Positions 34,379 through 40,211 of a stretch of DNA of 40,211 nt are shown here, piece after piece; positions within the stretch are counted from its first letter, which is position 1, and each line of letters begins with the position of its first letter. The DNA is from Acidimicrobiales bacterium (GTDB lineage Bacteria; Actinomycetota; Acidimicrobiia; Acidimicrobiales; VFJN01): assembly GCA_035649455.1 (NCBI GenBank), contig DASRJN010000577.1:1-40211 (forward strand), in the 5' to 3' direction. A program made the position numbers and the translations under genes. The notes beneath the pieces were generated by a model. The model did no database searches and had not been told where the DNA came from. It saw only the letters and a program-made list of their open reading frames with translations.

Positions 34379-34798
34379 GTGGCGAACAAGACACAGCCGA
34401 CCGACGCATCGGTGGCGGCGTTCGTCGCGGGGATCCCCGACCAGCGCCAGCGGGCCGACAGCGAGCGGCTCATCGCCCTGATGAGCGAGGTGACCGGCGA
34501 GCCCGCGACCATGTGGGGGCCGTCGATCATCGGCTTCGGCTCGTACCACTACCGCTACGCCAGCGGCCGGGAGGGCGATGCTCCGCTCGTCGGCTTCTCG
34601 CCCCGGAAGACCGCTCTCACCCTGTACGCCTCGGCCGACGAGGAGGTGCGCGCGGATCTGCTGGCCCGGCTCGGCCCGCACAAGGTGGGCAAGGGCTGCG
34701 TGTACGTCAAGCGCCTCTCCGACGTGGATGAGCAGGCGTTGGCCGACCTGATCCAGGTCGGGGCCGCGTTCACCCGCGCCCAGGACGTGGCGTCCTGA
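34379..34798 (+). CDS. DUF1801 (YdhG-like) domain protein
   Basis: GTG 34379. ..PTDASVAAFVAGIPD..QRADSERLIALMSEVTGEPATMWGPSIIGFGSYHYRYASGREGD..VGFSPRKTALTLY.. is the family pattern. Confidence 0.55.
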   Translation: MANKTQPTDASVAAFVAGIPDQRQRADSERLIALMSEVTGEPATMWGPSIIGFGSYHYRYASGREGDAPLVGFSPRKTALTLYASADEEVRADLLARLGPHKVGKGCVYVKRLSDVDEQALADLIQVGAAFTRAQDVAS

Positions 34799-34810
34799 CG
34801 CGGGCCGTCC

Positions 34811-35833
34811 GTGCGTAGTCCCCTGGAGCTGGTCAGCGAGCAGCAGATCGCGAGCGTCGTGGCGGGCGCCTGGGGGCAGGCGATCCGTGATCTGCGCTAC
34901 TTCCCGGAGGGCGGCGGCGCCTACCACTGGATCGCGGAGGCCGGCGACGGCCGGCGCTGGTTCGTGACGTGCGACGACCTCGACACCAAGCCGTGGCTCG
35001 GCTCGGACCGCGACTCGGTGTTCGGCGGCTTGCTGGCCGCTTACGGGACGGCGATGGAGCTGCGCGCCACCGGGTTGCGGTTCGTCGTGGCTCCGCTGGC
35101 GACGGGCGCCGGTGAGCCGGCGGTGCGGGTCGACGAGCGCCATAGCGTGTCGGTCTTCGACTACACCGAAGGTGTGCCGGGTCGCTGGGGGCAAGCGGTC
35201 GAGCCCACGGCACGTCGCGAGCTGGTCACGATGCTCGCTCGGCTCCACCGGGCCGCGCCTCCCGGGCGGGGGCTGGCCAGCCGGGGCCTCGAGCTGCCGG
35301 GCCGCCAGGGCTTGGAGGAAGCTCTCGACGACCCGGAGCGGCCCTGGGAAGGCGGGCCGCTGTCCGAGCCCCTTCGGCACGAGCTCGCGGAGCATCGTGA
35401 CCTGATCGTCGGCTGGCTGGCCGACCTCGATCGCTACGCCGCCCGGCTGGGCGACGGGAACGGCGACGGGAGCACAGGCGCGGTCGTCACCCACGGCGAG
35501 CCGCACCCTGGCAACCTCATCCGCACCGGCGCCGGCCTGTCGCTGGTCGACTGGGACACGGTGGCCGTCGCCCGGCCCGAGCGCGACCTGTGGATGATGG
35601 TGGACGGCGACGAGAGCCTCCACTCCGCCTATCGGGACCTCACCGGCGTCACCCTGGACCGGGAAGCACTGGCGGCCTACCGGCTGCTCTGGGCCCTCAG
35701 CGACGCCGTCTCCTTCACGGCCCGGCTCCGGGGCGAGCACCGGCAGAACACCGACGCGAACCGGTCGCTGGCCGCGCTCAGCCTCATCCTCCAGGGCCGG
35801 GAGCCGGCTCCGTACAGGTTCGCGGTTCGTTAG
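34811..35833 (+). CDS. Aminoglycoside-phosphotransferase-like (APH/kinase fold) protein
   Basis: Catalytic loop VVTHGEPHPGNLIRTGAGLSLVDWDTVAVARPERDLW (HGxxHxGN ... DWD). Confidence 0.7.
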   Translation: MRSPLELVSEQQIASVVAGAWGQAIRDLRYFPEGGGAYHWIAEAGDGRRWFVTCDDLDTKPWLGSDRDSVFGGLLAAYGTAMELRATGLRFVVAPLATGAGEPAVRVDERHSVSVFDYTEGVPGRWGQAVEPTARRELVTMLARLHRAAPPGRGLASRGLELPGRQGLEEALDDPERPWEGGPLSEPLRHELAEHRDLIVGWLADLDRYAARLGDGNGDGSTGAVVTHGEPHPGNLIRTGAGLSLVDWDTVAVARPERDLWMMVDGDESLHSAYRDLTGVTLDREALAAYRLLWALSDAVSFTARLRGEHRQNTDANRSLAALSLILQGREPAPYRFAVR

Positions 35834-35886
35834 CGGGGCGGGCGCAGGGTTCGGGCCTCCAAACCCTGAGGAAAGGAACCTCCCCC

Positions 35887-36234
35887 ATGCCTACGAACCA
35901 TGTCTCGATCCAGGACAGCACGACCCACCTGCCCGACGGTCTCGACAACGACGTCACCAAGACCTTCGATGCGCCCGGTCTGAACACCGACACCCGCCCG
36001 TTCCTCTCGTACCGGGTCCAGCCGGACGGCGGCTCCGTGACCCTGCAGATGGACCTCAACGGCAACCGGATCGTGGACACGACGTTCGGGAACGACGTCA
36101 GCCGCTCGCTGAACGAGATCGTCGACAACGGCTTTGCCGTAGAGACCGACAACGAGCTGGTCATCCGGCGGCAGGCCGGGCCCGGCACCGTCGACGTCTC
36201 CGACCTCATCTTCGTGTATTCGGCCGACGCCTGA
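35887..36234 (+). CDS. Small hypothetical protein (115 aa, Asp/Asn/Thr-rich, Cys-free)
   Basis: ATG 35887 behind AGGAAAGGA. Good GC3. Followed by a perfect 13-bp hairpin. No family recognised. Confidence 0.5.
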   Translation: MPTNHVSIQDSTTHLPDGLDNDVTKTFDAPGLNTDTRPFLSYRVQPDGGSVTLQMDLNGNRIVDTTFGNDVSRSLNEIVDNGFAVETDNELVIRRQAGPGTVDVSDLIFVYSADA

Positions 36235-36239
36235 CCCCA

Positions 36240-36276
36240 GCGCGACCCCGCCTGCGTCTCCGCGGCGGGGTCGCGC
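36240..36276 (+). terminator. GC-rich hairpin: perfect 13-bp stem GCGCGACCCCGCC / GGCGGGGTCGCGC, 11-nt loop, no U-tract
   Basis: Read directly. Starts 6 nt after the stop of the 115-aa gene. This is the typical actinobacterial terminator shape. Confidence 0.5.
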
Positions 36277-36346
36277 CGCCCATCTCCATGGGATCTCCAG
36301 GTCGTGTCCATGCCTCGCCCCGACGCGCGGGCGCACAGTCGGGCCC

Positions 36347-37060
36347 ATGGTTGCCACTCTCCCCCCGGAGCGGTCCCGGACCCGAGGCCGCGAGTTCGTC
36401 GGCGGCGCCCGGGCCATGGTCCCGTGGATGCTCGGCATCGGCCCGTACGGGCTGGTCATCGGGGTCAGCGCCGCGCACGCCCACATCCCCACCGCCGTCG
36501 GGTGGTTCACCGGGCCGGCCATCTTCTCCGGCAGCGCGCAGGTGGCCACGATCGAGCTGCTCGACGCGGGTGCCGCTCCGCTGATCGTGATCGCCACCGC
36601 CCTGGCCATCAACGCCCGGCTCGTCATCTACTCGGGCGCCATGGCCGCCCACTGGCAGGACACGCCTCGCTGGTGGCGGGCGCTGGCGGCCTACCTGCTC
36701 GTCGACCCCACCTTCGCGGTCGGCGTGGACCGCTACGAAGGGCCGGGTGATCGCGCCGCGGCCCACCGCCACTATCTCGGCGGAGCCCTCGCGCTCTGGG
36801 TCACCTGGCTCGTCGCCATCGCGGTGGGGGCGACGGTCGGGGCCCAGCTCCCGGCCGGCCTGCACCTCGAGTTCGTGATCCCGCTGTTCCTGGTGGGCGA
36901 GGTGGTCACCCGGCTGACCAGCCCGGCGATGCTCCGGGCGGCGTTCACGGCCGCGGCCGTGGCGGTCGTCGGCTACTCGGCCCCGCTCCACCTCGGCCCG
37001 GTCGCCGCCATAGCTCTCGGGATAGCAGTCGGCCTGCTCAGCAAGGAGGCGAAGCGATGA
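36347..37060 (+). CDS. azlC: AzlC family branched-chain amino acid exporter subunit
   Basis: ..PWMLGIGPYGLVIGVSA.., ..FSGSAQVATIELL.., ..ALAINARLVIYSGA.. are typical of AzlC. ATGA-coupled to an AzlD-like gene. Confidence 0.75.
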   Translation: MVATLPPERSRTRGREFVGGARAMVPWMLGIGPYGLVIGVSAAHAHIPTAVGWFTGPAIFSGSAQVATIELLDAGAAPLIVIATALAINARLVIYSGAMAAHWQDTPRWWRALAAYLLVDPTFAVGVDRYEGPGDRAAAHRHYLGGALALWVTWLVAIAVGATVGAQLPAGLHLEFVIPLFLVGEVVTRLTSPAMLRAAFTAAAVAVVGYSAPLHLGPVAAIALGIAVGLLSKEAKR

Positions 37061-37371
37061 GTGCGTGGCTCGTAGTGGCGGTGGTGGGCGTCGGGACCTA
37101 CCTGTTCCGCGTCAGCATGGTCGGTTTGGTGGGGGGCCACGGCTCGTCGGCTCGCTTGGAGCGGGCCTCCCGCTTCGTGGTGCCGAGCGCGTTCGCGGCG
37201 CTGGCCGCGGGCGCCATCACCGCGGCCGCGGCCGGCCCGTCAGGCTCCGTCGCTCCCGTCGGGGCGGTGACCGTCGCTGCCCTGGCCGTGCACCGCAGCG
37301 GATCGGCCCGCGCCGCCATCGTCGTCGGCATGCCGACCCTCTGGATCCTCAACGCCCTCCTGCCCGGGTGA
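37057..37371 (+). CDS. azlD: AzlD family small membrane protein
   Basis: 104 aa. ..VGVGTYLFRVSMV.. N-terminal motif, 3-4 hydrophobic helices, positioned directly after azlC. Confidence 0.7.
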   Translation: MSAWLVVAVVGVGTYLFRVSMVGLVGGHGSSARLERASRFVVPSAFAALAAGAITAAAAGPSGSVAPVGAVTVAALAVHRSGSARAAIVVGMPTLWILNALLPG

Positions 37372-38325
37372 GAGGTCGAAGAACTGCCGGATCCACGCGG
37401 ATCGCCGAGGCAGGATGCGGACCACGGGCAGGGCGAACACGACCTGGGAGATCGAGCCGAACCGCTCGTAGATGGCGGCGTTGATCGCCATGCCCAGCAC
37501 GATCGCCCGCCCGGCGAAGAAGAACCAGCCGAGCGTGACGATGGTGGCGCCGATGGCGCCGTACAGCTGGGAGGCCCGGCCCATCCGGTCGGGGAGGTAC
37601 AGCTGGCTGACCGCCTGCATGCCGGCGATCGTCGCTCCCACCAGGGCGCTACCGGGGAGGAGCGCTCCGGGGTCGCTGGTCGCCCGCGGCAGCACCCAGG
37701 ACACCACCATCCAGGCGAGGCCGTAGACGGCGAACACGGCGAGGTACGAGGCCCCGGCGGCGGCGATGCCGAAGTCGTCCCGCAGGCGGTTGACGATGGT
37801 GGACACCAGGCCGATGCCGACGACCACGCCGATCACGCCCCCGATCACCCGGATCGGGGCCCTGGTCCGGACCGGGAGCCGCCAGTTGAGGCAGCTCGCC
37901 ACGCTGAGCACCTTGCTCAGCGAGCGGCCGGTGAGGGCGACGCCGACCAGGCCGATGATCAGCGCGCTCCACTGCGACGTCTCCTGCTGTGACAACGCCG
38001 TGTTGATCTGGGCGGCGAGGCCGCCGCCCACGCTGATCTGCTGGTTGAGCTGGTCGGCGTCGATCCAGCTAGCGAGCAGCCCGGCGAGCCCGACCACCAC
38101 GAGGAGCAGCGGGACGAAGAACAGGAACAGCCGGAAGGCGACGGCGGCCCCGACGACCCCACCGGCCGCCTCCCGGTCACGCTGGTAGATGCGCAGCCCC
38201 AGATCGACGAGCGGCCGGTTGCCGTAGCGCTCCCGCAGCTCGTCCACCCGGCGCTGGCCGGCGGCCCGACCGTGGGCCACGAGCCTCTCGACGGCCGAGG
38301 CTTCCTCGGGTGCTTGGTCTGTCAC
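37240..38325 (-). CDS. YihY/BrkB family inner-membrane protein
   Basis: GTG 38325 (GTGA overlap with the upstream methyltransferase stop). ..IYQRDREAAGGVVGAAVAFRLFLFFVPLLL.., ..WFFFAGRAIVLG... The 3-prime tail runs 132 bp antisense into azlD. Confidence 0.7.
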   Translation of the reverse strand: MTDQAPEEASAVERLVAHGRAAGQRRVDELRERYGNRPLVDLGLRIYQRDREAAGGVVGAAVAFRLFLFFVPLLLVVVGLAGLLASWIDADQLNQQISVGGGLAAQINTALSQQETSQWSALIIGLVGVALTGRSLSKVLSVASCLNWRLPVRTRAPIRVIGGVIGVVVGIGLVSTIVNRLRDDFGIAAAGASYLAVFAVYGLAWMVVSWVLPRATSDPGALLPGSALVGATIAGMQAVSQLYLPDRMGRASQLYGAIGATIVTLGWFFFAGRAIVLGMAINAAIYERFGSISQVVFALPVVRILPRRSAWIRQFFDLSPGQEGVEDPEGRHADDDGGAGRSAAVHGQGSDGHRPDGSDGA

Positions 38326-38966
38326 TGGTGGCGAAGATACGCGGCGCCGAGGATGTGAGGTGAGGCCGGCATCGGGATACCGCCCTCGGGAAGGCGGAAA
38401 TGCTCCATGCGAGCGATGACGAAGCCGGCGGCCTCGATGGCCGCCCGGGTGTCGCGGTGGGTGTGGCAGCCGCCGACGAAGGTCGGCCAGACCGTGGCGT
38501 CGAGCACGCGCTGCACCCGGGCCAGGCCCGGCGTGTCCGCTCGGACGTGCTCGAAGAAGCGCAGCTCACCGCCCGGGCGGAGCACGCGGCGGATCTCCGC
38601 CAGCGTCGCCGGGACGTTGGCGACCGAGCAGAGCACGAGGGACGCCACGGCTGCGTCGAACTCGGCGTCACCCGCGGGCAGCCGGTCGGCGACGCCGTCG
38701 ACCACCTCGATCGGGACCGCGGCATCCCGGGCGGCGGCCAGCGCCAGCTCGCGGAGATGGGCTTCCGGCTCGACCGCGAGGACGTGAGCGACCTCGTTCG
38801 GGTAGTGGGCGAAGTTGAGCCCGTTGCCGGCACCGACCTCGACGACCCGGCCCGCGAGCCGGGCGAGGAGCTGGTCGCGGCGCACGCCCCACCCGGCCTC
38901 CTCCATGCGGGGGCTGCTCCGCGCGTAGATGCGGGCGAACAGCGGGTGGTGGACCTCTCGGGCCAT
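38322..38966 (-). CDS. Class I SAM-dependent methyltransferase
   Basis: ATG 38966 behind GGAGGG. Motif I VVEVGAGNGLN, ..LRPGGELRFFEH... The track ORF extends to 39086 but that extension has no SD. Confidence 0.75.
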   Translation of the reverse strand: MAREVHHPLFARIYARSSPRMEEAGWGVRRDQLLARLAGRVVEVGAGNGLNFAHYPNEVAHVLAVEPEAHLRELALAAARDAAVPIEVVDGVADRLPAGDAEFDAAVASLVLCSVANVPATLAEIRRVLRPGGELRFFEHVRADTPGLARVQRVLDATVWPTFVGGCHTHRDTRAAIEAAGFVIARMEHFRLPEGGIPMPASPHILGAAYLRHQ

Positions 38967-39089
38967 CGGATCCCTCCGGCTCAGACGACTGCTCGGATGT
39001 GAGTCGAGATCATGACCAGCGCGAGCACCACGAGCGAGGCCGCGAACCAGCGCACGAGGGTACGGGCGTCGACCCGGTCGTTCCACGGA

Positions 39090-39105
39090 ATACCTAGGGG
39101 GGTAT
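39090..39105. promoter_or_regulatory. ATACC-TAGGGG-GGTAT, CsoR/CstR-family-like operator
   Basis: Read directly. AT-flanked inverted repeat around a G-tract, 16 nt upstream of the thioredoxin ATG. Confidence 0.4.
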
Positions 39106-39121
39106 CACGGTTGATGACCTC

Positions 39122-39490
39122 ATGGCTATGACCGCGTTGACAGAAGCGACCTTCGAGCAGACCGTGACCGGCAACGACATCGTGCTGGTCGACTGGTGGG
39201 CGTCCTGGTGCGGGCCCTGCCGGGCCTTCGCCCCGGTGTTCGCGGCCGCGGCCGAGAAGCACGCCGACATCACCTTCGCCAAGGTCGACACCGAGGCCGA
39301 GCAGAACCTGGCCGGCATGGCCGGGATCATGTCGATCCCCACGCTCATGATCTTCCGCGAGGGCGTGCTGGTGTTCTCGCAGCCCGGCGCCCTGCCCGCC
39401 GCGGCCCTCGAGGACCTCATCGACCAGGTGCGCGCCCTCGACATGGACGAGGTGCACCGCACGGTGGCCGCCCGCGCTGCCACCGGCTGA
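39122..39490 (+). CDS. trxA: Thioredoxin
   Basis: VLVDWWASWCGPCRAFAP active site, ..GIMSIPTLMIFREG... 122 aa; ATG 39128 is an alternative start. Confidence 0.9.
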   Translation: MAMTALTEATFEQTVTGNDIVLVDWWASWCGPCRAFAPVFAAAAEKHADITFAKVDTEAEQNLAGMAGIMSIPTLMIFREGVLVFSQPGALPAAALEDLIDQVRALDMDEVHRTVAARAATG

Positions 39491-39503
39491 CACGCCCGCG
39501 ACG

Positions 39504-40042
39504 ATGTTCTTCCGGCAGTACCAGCTGTCCTGCCTGTCCCTGTTCAGCTACCTCATCGGGGACACCTCGACGGGCCGGGCGGTGGTCGTGGACCCGCAAC
39601 GTGACATCAGCGGCTACCTGGACGACGCCCGGGCGCATGGCCTGCGGATCGAGCGGGTGATCGAGACCCACTTCCACGCCGACTTCCTGTCGGGACACCT
39701 GGAGCTGGCCGCCGCTGCCGGGGCCGTGGTGTCCTACGGCACCGAGGCGGAGGCGGAGTTCCCCACCGAGCCGCTCGCGCACGAGCAGCGGATCGAGCTG
39801 GGCGAGGTGGTGCTCGAGATCCGCCACCCGCCCGGCCACACGCCGGAGTCCGTGTCGGTCGTGGTCTGGGAGCATCGGGACGACCCCGAGCCGTGGGGGT
39901 GCTGACCGGCGACACGCTGTTCGTCGGCGATGTGGGCCGGCCCGATCTGATGGCCTCGGTCGGGTTCACCCCCGACGCCCTGGCCCGCCGCCTCTACCAC
40001 TCGCTGCACGACCAGGTACTGACCCTGCCCGACCGCACGCGC
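39504..40042 (+). pseudogene. MBL-fold persulfide-dioxygenase-like hydrolase, frameshifted in a G5 run and 3-prime truncated
   Basis: MFFRQYQLSCLSLFSYLIGD...ETHFHADFLSGH...PPGHTPES then stop at 39903-39905. The +1 frame continues VLTGDTLFVGDVGRPDLMASVG...LTLPDRTR, which is the expected continuation. One extra G in 39895-39899 would restore the frame. Family-like sequence ends near 40042. Confidence 0.6.
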
Positions 40043-40089
40043 GATCCGCAGGTGTCCGACGTAGGGCTGGGCCGCGACGAGGACGCGCA

Positions 40090-40211
40090 TCAGGTCCGGG
40101 TGCCGCGGCGCCGGTCCCGGGCGTCGGTGAGGTGGGCGGCAGAGGTCACCGCGTGCACCGAGAGCCAGCGGACGGGCTCGGGCTCCCAGCGGCGCGAGCG
40201 GTGGCCCACCC
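40090..40211 (-). CDS. Unknown protein, C-terminal 39 codons (5-prime end outside window)
   Basis: Frame is open from the window edge to TGA (complement of 40090-40092). ..WEPEPVRWLSVHAVTSAAHLTDARDRRRGTRT. The stop overlaps a downstream ATG (TGATG). Confidence 0.3.
   Translation of the reverse strand, partial: VGHRSRRWEPEPVRWLSVHAVTSAAHLTDARDRRRGTRT

Noticed and set aside
34811-36234. APH-like kinase plus a small downstream protein as a possible RiPP or lanthipeptide-type pair
   Set aside because: The 115-aa protein has no Cys, and no leader/core organisation is visible. No lyase, cyclase, protease or transporter partners are nearby.
38981-39115. Possible small membrane peptide on the minus strand (..VRWFAASLVVLALVMISTHIRAVV) just upstream of the methyltransferase
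   Set aside because: It is only the tail of a longer, clearly spurious 170-aa ORF antisense to thioredoxin. There is no SD in front of the candidate GTG starts, and one hydrophobic stretch is easily produced by chance. Kept as a note only.
1-40211. Search for CRISPR arrays, tRNA/rRNA, IS elements, integrases, prophage or defence-system genes
   Set aside because: No regularly spaced repeats are present, and there is no non-coding stretch long enough for an RNA gene. The longest gaps are about 240 nt at 3482-3718, about 250 nt at 4553-4801 and about 115 nt elsewhere. There is no transposase, recombinase, nuclease-ATPase or toxin-like translation in any frame of the track. The VWA gene alone is not evidence of a defence module.

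Overview
Very GC-rich (by eye above 70%), densely coding chromosomal DNA, most likely actinobacterial: frequent GTG/TTG starts, a Tat lipoprotein, GC-rich hairpin terminators without U-tracts, and typical actinobacterial families. I support 46 protein-coding features, of which 2 are partial at the window edges and 1 is a frameshifted and truncated pseudogene. I found no rRNA, tRNA, CRISPR array, transposase, integrase or large repeat. All family calls come from reading motifs in the supplied translations, since no search was run. Thirteen gene junctions are 4-nt ATGA/GTGA/TTGA overlaps.

Main content:
1. 8582-20559 is a tightly packed 12-gene operon under a divergent IclR regulator. It appears to encode a complete hydroquinone route: two-subunit hydroquinone 1,2-dioxygenase, aldehyde dehydrogenase, maleylacetate reductase, CoA-transferase and thiolase. 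A 5-gene LivJ-type ABC importer is embedded in it, and an NTF2/SnoaL-like gene is wedged between the two CoA-transferase subunits.
2. 25314-29942 holds an HxlR-SCP2 regulator divergent from MFS, a DUF1579-like protein, a PhyH dioxygenase, an HD-domain (PhnZ-like) oxygenase and an EEP phosphoesterase. This is a PhnY*/PhnZ-type oxidative C-P cleavage pair in an atypical context. I rate it the best candidate for an undescribed module.
3. Smaller oddities: a sigma region-2-only fusion protein, a protein with a CxxCxxCxxC hydrophobic tail, an orphan CoxE-type VWA gene coupled to the IclR gene, a Coq4-like protein in a lineage presumed to use menaquinone, several clean operator palindromes, and a CsoR/CstR-like operator in front of a thioredoxin plus degraded persulfide-dioxygenase-like locus.

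The remainder is ordinary housekeeping or accessory genes: LacI, GNAT, TetR plus MFS, M14 carboxypeptidase, methyltransferases, a Tat FAD oxidase, an APH-like kinase, AzlCD and YihY. The many long Arg/Pro/Gly-rich ORFs in the track are antisense or out-of-frame artefacts of high GC.
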